The notes below the pieces were generated by a model. It searched no databases. It had not been told where the DNA came from and saw nothing but the letters and a program-made list of their open reading frames with translations. Positions 1-10,680 of a stretch of DNA of 64,000 nt are shown in pieces. Origin of the DNA: Ginglymostoma cirratum (taxonomy: Eukaryota); the NCBI GenBank assembly GCA_024137785.1, contig JAHRHZ010000070.1, forward strand, positions 13,150,570 through 13,214,569. Direction: 5' to 3'. The position numbers and the translations under genes were made by a program. How positions within the stretch are numbered: the first letter of the stretch is position 1; the number at the start of each line of letters is the position of its first letter.

Positions 1-1459
1 TTCCGGGTTTCTCCCTTCAAAAACAGCAAGATACCTTGCGAGGGAACAAGTCTCACCCTCTGCAGTTACAGGTAGTGACCACAGAGAGGAGCAACTGCAG
101 CTGATAGCAGCTTGCACCCATGTGCAGTAAGATTCCTCGAGAGGCCAGTGCAAGGGTTGTGTTTAAAATACTTCCTGAAAACAAAGTGAACATCAAGCTC
201 TCCTTAAATGATACTATGCCTCATGCTTCTTCTGGTCACATTCTGTGCTTTCTACAAAAATATGTTGTTTAAATGTATTTTTTTCTCCTTCAGTCTGAGG
301 GAATCCTGCATTAGCACGATGGAGGGGAAAATATGAGGAGCAGAAACATCTGCTGCGAGTCTGTAGCTTGGACCCAAATCAGGCTGTTGTCAGGAAGCTA
401 TATTGTTGGCACAGACACAAAATATCAAATATCTCTCTGTTTCAATGCCACATGCCAGGCTTTCAGTCTACAGGAAGAAAATGATACTGAACATACATAG
501 AGCAAGTCATTTTCCATTAGGGTATTCCATGTCTTTGTTTGTTTCTCTTCATATTCTCCCTAGGGAATGATACCACAGGCAACAGGAGATCCTAGTTCAC
601 TTCTCCATCAGTCTTCCCGCTACCCCTGCCTTTCTCAAAACAGTCGCATTAGCTTGTCCTCCATATTTGAAAAGTATCACAGATGGATTTATTCCAACCT
701 ACCCTCTTCAAGATTTGAAATTCAGGAGGCTAAGTTCTATGTAGTCAATAGAATTTGTGAGAATTTTAACTGTAATTCAGGCGACTGGGGTTCAGGTTGG
801 ATGTGGAAATTTTCACAATCTCAGTCCAAAATCCATCAGGCAGCAAGTTCATTTCAAAATTATAATGAGGATGCTGCCTCCCATTTTTAGCTGTCCTCTG
901 GGTTTAACTGGGCAGCTAAGGAAAGAGGAGGACTGCTCGACAGTCAGAAGGAGCAGGAATCCCCTCTCCAAGACAGCCAACCCACCCGCCCCATGGGTCG
1001 TAGCTTCTATCTTCAGTCGCCACTCGGTATTGAATCCTCTCCTCCAAGGTTTAGACCTGACCCTCATACGATCTTGGAGGACAGCAGAGGCAGACTCACT
1101 GGTTACTTCAGGAGGCAAATGCATGAAACCTGAGTGTAAAACAGAAGAATACACAGAGATGTACCGAGCATTTGTAGAGGGGTTGGGTTTGGAACCAACT
1201 GGATGGCTCTTTCACCATGCTGGTATGACCAGATAGGCTGAATGGCCTTTTCTGTGCTGTAATGATTCTGTCGTTAATTAACAGCATGTTGTTTCCCTTG
1301 CCGAAAATGACTGGGAGCGCCTGTTCACTAATCCTAGGCCTTTGCAATTTAGACACAGGGTTTGGACTCAACAGTCAACATTTGCAGCCCTCTCAAATTA
1401 TTAGATTATTCAGGAGAGTAATCAAAGCATCATTCTGTATCAATACAAACGATTCTGAC

Positions 1460-1529
1460 CTTGTTATGATACTGTAACATCTGTGTTATAATTCTTATCT
1501 TTGGATTGTAATTTTTGATAGATATTACC
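1460..1529 (-). CDS. kcnma1: BK/Slo1 exon 13 (RCK1)
   Basis: ttttcatttcag|G GTA ATA TCT...AAC AAG|gtcaga. 70 nt, encodes [23 protein letters not shown]. Confidence 0.95.
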
Positions 1530-1696
1530 CTGAAATGAAAAAGGAAAATGATTAATTAGGCCGGATCTTTTTAGGCAAATAGGAGATAATCTTCTTAACA
1601 GTTACAAATAAGACAACTGCAAGGCAGTGAAGAATAGATTTGTAGCTTGAGTTGTGGGTGTTGAGGTTGGTTGGCTCGCCGAGCTAGTTTGTTGTT

Positions 1697-1740
1697 CCGC
1701 AGACGTTTCAGTACCATGCTGGGTAACATCCTCAGTGCAG
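1697..1740 (-). ncRNA. Mirror-image minimal hammerhead ribozyme on the gene's sense strand
   Basis: Reverse complement reads CTGCA CTGAGGA T GTTACC cagcat GGTACT GAAA CGTC TGCGG. Core intact; base of stem II weakened. Confidence 0.55.
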
Positions 1741-1764
1741 CCTCTGATAAAGCTTCATCGGAGG

Positions 1765-1808
1765 CTGCACTGAGGATGTTACCCAGCATGGTAACGAAAC
1801 GTCTGCGG
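1765..1808 (+). ncRNA. Minimal type I hammerhead ribozyme (PLE-associated)
   Basis: Stem I CTGCA/TGCGG, core CTGAGGA(+T), stem II GTTACC-cagcat-GGTAAC, GAAA, palindromic stem III ACGT, cleavage triplet GTC. Confidence 0.7.
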
Positions 1809-2050
1809 AACAACAAACCAGCTCGGCAAGCCAACCAACCTCGAGGCAGTGAAGAAGTCTGCAGTGTTCCTTCAACTTTGCGTTTGTAGAACTGAATTCA
1901 AGAAAAACTTAAAGAAATGTTTATTTTAGAAATGACTATGCTCCAGTTGTCCTTGAGCAGTTACTTATTATGAAGCAAACAAGGTATAGTACCGGAATAG
2001 GGCTCTTCAGCCTTTTCAACAATAACATCATGACTGACGATTTCTGAAAC

Positions 2051-2710
2051 GGTAAAGAAGGCAAATGGTACGTTGGTCTTCATTGTGAGAGGTTTTGAGT
2101 GCAGGAGCAGGGATGTGTTGTTGCAGTTATACAGGGCCTTGGTAAGGCTACACCTAGAATATTGTGTGCTGCTTTGGTCTCCTTTTCTGAGGAAGGATGC
2201 TCTTGCTCTCAAGGGAGTGCAGCGAAGGTTTACCAGGCTGATTCCAGGGATGGTGGGTCTGACGTTATGAGGAGAGATTGGCTAGGTAAAGATTGTTTTC
2301 GTTGGAATTCAGATGAATCAGGGGTATTCAGACATACTTACAAAATTCTAACAGGACTGGGCAGGGTAGATGCAGGAAGGATGTTTCCGATGGTGGGTAT
2401 ATCCAGAACAAGGGGTCACAATCTGAGGATTTGGGGTAGACCATTTAGGACGGAGACGAGGAGACATTTCTTCACCCAAAAAGTGGTGAGCCTATGGAAT
2501 TCATTACCACAGAAAATACTTGATGCCAAAACATTGGAAGTATTCAAGAGTCAGCTAGATATAGCACTTGGGGTGAATGGGATCAAAGGTTGTGGGGAGA
2601 AAGCAGGATTAGCTATTGAGTTGGACGATCAGCCATGCTGCTGATGAATGGCAGAGCAGGCTCTAAAGGCCAAATGGCCTCCTCCCGTTCCTATCTTCTT
2701 TGTTTCTATT
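2051..2710 (+). mobile_element. CR1 LINE 3' fragment (ORF2 C-terminus and 3' UTR)
   Basis: Peptides LQLYRALVRLHLEYCVLLWSPFLRKD...VQRRFTRLIPG and YKILTGLGRVD...TRGHNLRI...FFTQKVVSLWNSLP are hallmark CR1 ORF2 C-terminal motifs; frameshifted. Confidence 0.9.
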
Positions 2711-2870
2711 CTCCTCTATGTCTCAGTGGGAACCATTACAGTACCTTTCGGATTATTCACCATCTGCCGGTTGTGTACGGGATTACACAACATAGTTTTA
2801 AACACACCACTCAACAGAGCAAATCTGGTCATAAAATAAGGTGCATTTTCCTGTGTCTTTTTCCATGTGT

Positions 2871-2897
2871 CTAACCCTAACCCTAACCCTAACCCTA
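2871..2897. repeat. Short interstitial telomere-like tract (CCCTAA)x4.5
   Basis: ctaaccctaaccctaaccctaacccta, exact vertebrate telomere unit. Confidence 0.8.
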
Positions 2898-2974
2898 TCG
2901 CTGCTGTAGCCTTAGTACAAAATTCATTTACACAGATACTTCTGCCAAAGTTATAAATGTAGAATTGTTGATTA

Positions 2975-4010
2975 AATTAATTCATTCCTGGGATGTGGGC
3001 TTCATTGGCTAGTTCCAGCATTTACTATCATCACCACCTGCCCAGTGGGTATTTAACAGTCAACCACATTGTTATGAGGCTGGAGTCACATATAGGTCAG
3101 ACTAAGTAAGGACAGCAGATTGCCTTCCCTAAAGAACATAACTGAACCAGATGGATTTTAAAACAACTCAATAGAACTTTCCAAAAAGCACTAAGGCATC
3201 GCTTGGCTGGTGGTGAGAAGGGCACTACCTTAGAGATACTTCATGCACGTCTGGGCTCTGTACACCACCGCACACTGCCTCAAAGCAGCTGCGTTGGGGG
3301 TGGGGAGGAAAGAGTAGAGACTGTCACACATCTCCTGCTGGAATGTGCCTCTGCAAAGAAATTCTGGAGAAAGATGCAGTGGTTCATCCCAAGCAGCTCC
3401 GTGATGTTCCCCAGGATGCACACCGAGACAAACATCCACAATGCCTGGAGGGCCATTAACTCGGTAAGAGACGCTCTTTAGTTTGCCCAAAACTTGTTGG
3501 TCTTCCAGATAAAGGAGTTGACCTGGACTCAGTGTTGGAGACTGGCACATTCCAAGGTCCAGGACTACATGCTGAGGGACACTCTAAAGCTTGGGGCAGC
3601 TGCTGCCAAGGCGCTCTAAACAACTTTTGGCCAAAGCACAATGGGCGTCCGTTCAGTTATTGGATCTTCCTGGTGCCTCAAATATATGTAAGTAGTATCT
3701 TGCATAACTAAGAAATGGCTTTGAACTGGCCAGATGGAACTGTCAGGAAGGTCAAACTCTAATGTTTGTTTGTTTCTCCAAAGACTGTAAAGAACAAATC
3801 TCTTTAGTGACTATTAAGCATGTAAATATTTTTCATGAATAAAGCATATTTTTGAAATTAGAAAAAGGATTTTTACAACAACTGGCAGTTGTTACATGAT
3901 CACCGTTAAACTAGCTTTTTATTCCCGACGTTTTCTTTAACTCAAATGTCAGCCTCTGCCATGGTGTGATTCAAACCATGTCTTTAGAATACTGGCCAGG
4001 GTTACTAGTC
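2975..4010 (-). mobile_element. tRNA-derived DeuSINE-like (SacSINE1-type) element split by a Tx1 insertion
   Basis: Segments 2975-3168 and ~3867-4010 match the tail/core and head of the more intact copy at 12966-13342 (e.g. gtcaaccacatt...ctggagtcacat.taggtcagac...ccttccctaaag). Confidence 0.7.
3169..3866 (+). mobile_element. Tx1/L1-clade LINE 3' fragment
   Basis: ORF2 C-terminal zinc-binding region (ETVTHLLLECASAKKFWRKMQ); ends aataaagcatattttttgaaattagaaaaa. Homologous to 55200-55898. Confidence 0.8.
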
Positions 4011-4022
4011 TAGAGCTGTTAA

Positions 4023-4380
4023 GGGGAGGCAGGTAATGTCACTGGGCTAGTAATCCAGAAGCTCAGGCTAATGTTCTTGGGCATGAGTTCAAATGCCATC
4101 AGGTAAGCGCTGACATTTGAATTCAATCAAAATCTGGAATGAAAAAGAAAGTGTTAGCCTAATGGCGACCACTACCAAATGTTGTAAAAAAACCTCATCT
4201 GATTCACTAATGTCCTTTAGGGAAACAAACCTGCCATCCTTATCTGACCTTACATGTGGCTCCAGACCCATCAGAATGGGGTTTACTTATAACTGCCCTC
4301 TGAAATTCACCCACTCGGATCAAGCAATGAGAGACAGACAGTAAACACTGGCCCAACACAAGAACAGATTTTTCAAAAAA
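4023..4380 (+). mobile_element. tRNA-derived DeuSINE-like element
   Basis: ggggaggcag...gagttcaaatgcc head; core gattcactaatgtcctttagggaa...ctgccatcctta.ctgacct.acatgtggctccagaccc; reverse-complement homolog of 12966-13342. Confidence 0.75.
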
Positions 4381-4974
4381 TTATCACTGTGTCACACCTC
4401 ACTTCCTCCCAAAGTGAGAGAAGCTCCAAGGGAATTCGACACCCAAATCTTTCCTGCAATCTCTTCCGTAATTAGGAGTTGCATCTCTTTAATTTTGTAT
4501 TATTTCTAATGGTATCCTTCCCTCAGAGAGTTAACGTTATTCCGCATCTGATCAGACTATTTATCTTCACCCCTGAAGTCAGCAATCAGTTACACGGCAG
4601 CTTTCATGAGTGGTTAAGAGAGGACATCCAGGCCTCTGCTGTAGCTAGGCCACATCTTTGTATCAATGCCTAGCTCCTTCCTTGCTTTCATTGTAATATA
4701 TGTTGTAGACACAACATCACGAAGACTGTCAAGGCTTTTACCAAAGTGGTTGAGATGATATATACTTTCCAGATTGTGTTTATGTATTATATGTGCCTGG
4801 ACATTTCCTGCTGCAAAACTTTTCAAAATCCCAGTTGAAAAATAGCCTGTAAAAGACTTTTGTTCAGATGCAGGAATTAATAAACAAACAAAGTCCTCTC
4901 CATACTCCTACATACTTTGTAACAGATAGCACTGGTTCCTGGTCACGACATAAACTACGTCGTCCAGTGCTGGT

Positions 4975-5427
4975 GTAACGTGCCCCTCACTGCTGTCCTT
5001 ATGTGACATGTGTCCCTCACTGCTGTCCGCCCGTGTCACGTGTCCCTCACTGGTGTCCGCCAGTGACACGTGTCCCTCACTGGTGTCCGCTCGTGACACA
5101 CGCCCCTCACTGCTGTCCGCCCGTGATACGTGCCCCTCACTGCTGCCCGTCCGTGACTTGTGCCCCTCACTGCTGTCCGCCAGTGACTCGTGCCCCTCAC
5201 TGCTGTCCGTCGGTGTCACGTGTCCCTCACTGCTGTCCGCCAGTGACAAGTGCCCCTCACTGCTGTCCGTCGGTGTCACACGCCCCTCACTGCTGTCCGC
5301 CCGTGACACGTGCCCCTCACTGCTGTCCGCCAGTGACACACACCCCTCACTGCTGTCCGCCCATGGCACGTGCCGCCCCTCACTGCTGTCCACTGGAGTC
5401 ACAAGTCCCTCACTGCTGTCCACTGGT
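4975..5427. repeat. 30-bp GC-rich minisatellite, ~15 copies
   Basis: Unit consensus TGCCCCTCACTGCTGTCCGCCCGTGACACG; explains the overlapping repetitive ORFs at 4908-5499. Confidence 0.92.
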
Positions 5428-6463
5428 AACAAACAGCTGAGCACGACAGATATCCAGTGTCATTTTCAGTGCAGAAATAGAAATCCTGACCCCAGGTGAT
5501 TCATTTGTGATGTTTTCTTTGTGCACCACAACGCAGTTCGATCCAATCCTGACAACAGTTTGCAATTATACTCCTCAAACAAACTGCTAAACAAATTACG
5601 TTTTAAAATACGACACACAAAAGCATTTTAAAAATCTTTTTCAGCAAACTTGGGCTTTTGTTTGTGTTAACATTAGGCTGGAACAGAATGTAAAATTCAG
5701 TGCAGCTTATATGAGATAGAAACACAATGGAGATCACTTCATTTCTATGGTGTAAAACAGGTGATGTCAGGTAGATTGGCCTTGTTAAAACATCAAGAGA
5801 TGCTTATAAAGTCTTTTTGTTCCTGAATGTGACATTATTCACAGTTGTAAGGACACCTGAGGGGAATAAAACTAACGCATGCCACTATTGTCTCCCCAAC
5901 ATCTCCCTTGCTTCCTGACTGTCTGCCTCCTCTCCTGCCCAATTGCTGGAATGTCAGGTGCCTCTCCGCTCCTACATATAGAGTTCCCTATAGTCTGTCC
6001 ATCTCTGACTCCTTCATAATTTGCTTAGTCCACTCACCTTTGCATCAAAATACGCTGAGTGTTCATCAGCACTGTGCTGATGTTTTCACTCTATCTGAGT
6101 CTCTCTTACCCTACTACATCTCACCCAGTCAACCCAACTGTTCCTTCCTCATTCATTAGGCTGCAGTTGTTCCTTAGTTCCCCAGGTTAGTGCTGCTGAT
6201 CTTAATTAAATTACTATCTTTCAAAGACAGCAATGAAAATTATTCTTGAAGTTAGAAATTTGAAGATAGTTTTGAAGGAGATTTTGTCTTGAAATTTTCG
6301 GTTGGGCCATGTCAAATGAAGGGAAGTGGCACAACTGATCCGTCTTTGTCACTCGCGTGAGTACAGCACACACAATTGGAGAATCTCTGAACACCCCCTG
6401 GGGCCTTATCGCTCTGTAAGATATGAGGCTGCGATAGGGTTCTGTTCCAACCTCCACTCTTAC

Positions 6464-6546
6464 CTCATAATATTCGAGGCATCTTCAGCATCAGGATCGG
6501 GACAGTATTTGTTTGCCAGAATTAGACATGCATCTGATGACTCTAT
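6464..6546 (-). CDS. kcnma1: BK/Slo1 exon 12 (RCK1)
   Basis: gtgtctcag|ATA GAG TCA...ATG AG|gtaaga. 83 nt, encodes [27 protein letters not shown](R). Confidence 0.95.
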
Positions 6547-7425
6547 CTGAGACACGGCAAAACATGAAAAGCCAATGAAAGGCATGGATCAGAAGGAAAA
6601 CTCAATAAGTCAGATTCAAAGACAATTCAATATCAGGTTATTATAATCTGATATTCAAAACATTTGACTTAACTAGACTGTACACATCTCAATAAATTTT
6701 AACCCAAATTGAGTTTAATCACAACCACTCGCTTATTTGTCAAGTTTTGAAAGCTGTATGAAAGAAAAGGGTGAAAATAAAATGTTATTCTAATCAAACC
6801 ATTTTTACAAAATGCTAAAATGAAATGCCATTTACAAATGACAAACCTTGGGTTCTTCATAGAGGATTATTCATATCCCAAGCAATCCCGTTCCCCATAT
6901 TAGGGCAGAAAGGCACTCATTTAACACACACACACACCAGTGTCTTACTGCTGCTGCTCATTGATAGGCTCCAACACTTAACAGGAAATCAAGTTGTAAC
7001 TCTGTGACCTTTGCAGATAATTTAGCCAATGGTATGCATGGCATTGGTTGGCCGAAAGGGGAAATTGAAAGCTGGGGGACTGCTTCACAGAGAGAGCTGT
7101 TTAGAATGATGCTTGCACAGACAGCCATTACTGACTCACCTTAGACATCAACAAGTCTCTAACGGGCTGTAAAAATGTCTTGGCAGCAGTAGATAATGAT
7201 GTTTGCATGTTATGTAAATGAATAAAAAGCAGGGAGAATTCTAATAGACTGAAATTGTTGTTCACTCAGAGTAGTTTGGCCTAATTGAACACTCATTTAT
7301 TACACTTTCAAATTTAGTTAAGGAATTCACCAACCAGAAATGCTTGTTGTACATCTTTTTACATTTTCAGTCAGCGTTGGCATTTAGCATTCACAGGGAA
7401 AAGGCATCTGAGTACAGCGTTCTAA

Positions 7426-7444
7426 TAGCACCCTCTTGTGGTCA
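7426..7444 (-). promoter_or_regulatory. Candidate CTCF binding motif
   Basis: Reverse complement TGACCACAAGAGGGTGCTA closely fits the CTCF core consensus (TGGCCACCAGGGGGCGCTA); lies in apparently non-repetitive intron sequence. Confidence 0.4.
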
Positions 7445-9528
7445 TTTGTATATGTGTCTATGTATGGACATGTATACAATGCAAAAGCCAAATCTAATTA
7501 AACTAGTTTTACTTTAGCGCCAGACTCCATGACTACTTTTAAACTGGAATAATGTCACAGTCTTGCAAAGAGGGTGAGATTGTGGTTTCCCTACCCAAAC
7601 AAATTTGGGTTGGAGAAACTAACAGCAAACCTCCAGGGGAACTTAAGAGAGCTCTCTCTGTAACAGAGAAGCTTAAAGATCAGACTAGATAAAATTGTGT
7701 GGTACACATGGGTAAAATGGGCTTCAAAAAATGGCTGCATCAATCGGTATTATTGGGTGAATGGGGGAGTACAGCCATGATCGAAAGTCTTTTGGATGCA
7801 TGTGCTGAGCAGCCAGAGATATTTTTCATTGTTAACAATATCCTCAGAGATCCTGATAATGCAGCTGTCAACCAGACAGCTGGAGAAAGGAACAAGGCAA
7901 TACTTTGGACTGAAACAAGCCCCAAACTGTATGAGGCACCCAAAAGTTTCTCAGGAAAGGAGGAAGACCTTTACAAATAGAAAACCAAGGGTTAACTTTT
8001 ATTTATCGGTAAATGCAAGAGAAGAAATATACATGTGTACATTCCAAGTACTTTGTATATTTTTAATTGTGGGAGGTGTGTATCAGCACCTTCTTGTGGC
8101 CATTCATATATGTATAAACCCAAACCAGATTAAACTAGTTTTACTACTGTACCAGACTCAGTGCTGTATACACAAGTGTTTTAGTTTTGCAAAGATATCA
8201 CCAGAATATCCTTTCTTTACCGAGCACCAACAATGTAAATGAAGAGAAAGGCACTGATACACGAGTATGACAAATTCACTCAGCCACCAATACCACAGCT
8301 CTAAATAAAATTACCCATTTCATTGTAATTTCTCCCAAGATCTTTGCAGTTTTGTGTTTCGGATCTATGACTGTTAGCAGTGGGTCAAGATGATCTGAGA
8401 CACATTTCAGGATCCTTCCATCGCTCAGAGACAGGATTTTGATTTCACCAGCCTGGAGTGAATTTTAACACAACTCCAAGATCGCAGGTATAGAGTAGAT
8501 AATATGCTGAGAAACTAAACCCAGTATCAGCCCAGTAGAAATCAAGTGGTACATCATTATTATTGCAGTTGATGGCTGCAAAGACATCCAATTGCCTAGA
8601 GTTTATATTGGTCCAGGATTGGCTGCAAAAATAACAGTGAGTTTAATGAACAATCTGTTATTAGTGTGTACATAATGTAGCAACTCGCAAGTTGTGAATC
8701 ACTGCAAATCTCTGGACAACCTGAACTGATTTGCTGTCAGTTTTGAAAAAAAGTCCAGCATGAGTTTCAGGTAATTGTAGCATTTGCTCAGAAAGCTCCC
8801 AAAGAAGCTAGATCTGATGCTTAGAGATGCAAGGACTCTGTTAAGGGCAAGATGTGTGTTCTTGTAATGCCACTCAGCCTCTTCAGAAACTGAAACTTTG
8901 GAGTTTAATTCCTATATGTAATAAATTGTTGTTAGAGGCTTTCAAAATCTACATACCATTTCCATAACATGTCCCTCCTCAATTTTAAGCTGAAGGGGGA
9001 TGGAAATAAACCTAAGAGGGCATGCCATGAGATGCCTGAACCCTACCATCTCTGGGCTATTGTCAATTATTTGTGCCCCTGAAGAACCGGAGGGTGGAGA
9101 TACATCCCTGAAACACAAGCCAGCTTTGTGTAACTTTTTTATAATTACACCCAGGTATAATCAGCAGAAACAGCTACAGTGAGCTTCAAGACTTTCCAAT
9201 CCCAATAGCCTCTGGGTGTCATCAATAGACAAAGGCTGTGCTATTGATCCTCAGTTGTATGTGATCCTGGGTTCTGTTTCACTGCATCTTACATACCGCG
9301 TAGATTTTCTTACACTAAATGAGATGCAGCTTTCTAAACAAAGTGAAAAAGCACATCTAGCCACAGTGGCTTTGAAAAAGAGCAGCTGATAAATTAGAAA
9401 CCGGGGTTGACGTGTGGAACGGAACCTTTTCTGACTTTAAGCAAACTTTACTGCCCTGGCTGAGATATAAGAATTCATCATATCATAGCACTCAAGGCAG
9501 TAAAGTCAGAAAAAGGATACAGGATTAC

Positions 9529-9634
9529 CTTGACTCTGGCTAGATCATGAGGGTTCAGGACAGAACCTTGGAAGAATTCCACCTGAGTAAAATGTCTTTT
9601 AAAAAGGGCTTCAAGCTCAAGGTTAGGGGAAATA
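9529..9634 (-). CDS. kcnma1: BK/Slo1 exon 11 (RCK1)
   Basis: ctccccag|T ATT TCC CCT AAC...GTC AAG|gtaatc. 106 nt, encodes [35 protein letters not shown]. Confidence 0.96.
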
Positions 9635-10319
9635 CTGGGGAGACAAAAACAAATTGAAACAGTCAGCAGCAATTCTTTCAACAAAACACAGGCATAAGTT
9701 TAGACAAGGGAAATACAACCAGTGATAATGGATCGTATGTTACTATAATAATGTTAATACAAATGCATTTTGGATGAATCTAATAAGAAGTGACAAGTTA
9801 ACCCAGAGATTACCACACTGATCTAAACCCTAGCATTACCGAGATTGAGAGTTGAGCCTTTTACCTTACTTCCATGACCAAGACTCATATTTTTAAGACA
9901 TTTCCCAATGTCTAGCCTCTTTGACAGAGATTTTATTTGTCTGTTCTAATCTCATTATGTGTCCCACTATTAAATCTTTTCTCTGGGCTACACCTTGAGA
10001 CATTTTATTATGTTAAAGGTGCTATATAAATGCAAGTTCTTGTTGCTTGGACCCAATGCAGAACAACATTTCAAAGGTTGCTGGGCACTGAACTACAACG
10101 TTGGGCTACTTCTAATGTTAGGAATAAGGCCATTCATCCTATAATCAAACATGAAACCCTACCTGGCTGAAATGCAGATGCTTTCGTCACTAGGCAACGT
10201 GGAACCCTTAGCTAGCAGAGCAACTTGGATCCGCCAACCACACCTTGCATAGCACAGGTGGTGGTGTAATGAACCTTTCATGTAAGCCACGCAACTGGAG
10301 ACTTTATGGAACATATGAT

Positions 10320-10680
10320 CATATTTGAATGGGATGTGACATAATTACACAACCAGGAGATCACAGCCCATTGTGTCTGCGCCAAGTTTCTCAATGAGCT
10401 ACTAAATAATCTCAGTTCCCTGCTCCTTCCCCACATCTTTGTACTGTTTAACCTTTTTGAACATGTATCTAATCCCCTTTTGAAAGTTACTATTGCATCT
10501 ATTTTCATCAGCCTCTCAGGCAATGCATTCTTGCTCATAACTTGCTACATCAAAAATACAATTCGCGCCTGCCCTGGCTTTTTTGTCAATTATTTTAAAT
10601 TCAAGTCCTCCGGTCATTATCCTGATATCCCTGCCACTAGTGACAATGCCCCCTATCTACCTTACCAAAGCCTCTAAATC
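10320..10680 (-). mobile_element. Degenerate CR1 3' end
   Basis: Minus-strand peptide NALPERLMKIDAIVTFKRGLD matches the CR1 terminal WNxLP...FKxxLD motif. Confidence 0.7.

Larger units (their letters stand above)
1635..1843. mobile_element. Fold-back Penelope-like element (pseudo-LTR end with inverted copy), 13-bp TSD
   Basis: Near-perfect palindrome, arms 1663-1752 and 1753-1842, centred on AAGCTT. Flanked by direct repeat AGGCAGTGAAGAA at 1622-1634 and 1844-1856. Carries the CTGAGGA...GAAACGTC motif typical of PLE termini. Confidence 0.8.

Noticed and set aside
567-1236. Overlapping 100-160 aa ORFs near the window start
   Set aside because: No recognisable domains or Slo1 exon 14 sequence (AHLLNIPSW); treated as intronic chance ORFs.
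1595-1889. Pair of near-identical ORFs on opposite strands
   Set aside because: Consequence of the palindromic PLE insertion, not protein-coding.
4614-4845. Minus-strand ORF following a ttttacag acceptor-like site
   Set aside because: Out of phase with exon 12 (stop after ~21 codons in the spliced frame) and no recognisable homology.
4975-5427. CRISPR-like appearance (constant core plus variable part)
   Set aside because: Variable parts are related to each other and only ~15 nt long; eukaryotic intron with no cas genes.
4908-5499. Three long overlapping ORFs with Cys/Pro- or Ser-rich repeats
   Set aside because: By-product of a stop-free 30-bp minisatellite inside an intron; no gene structure.
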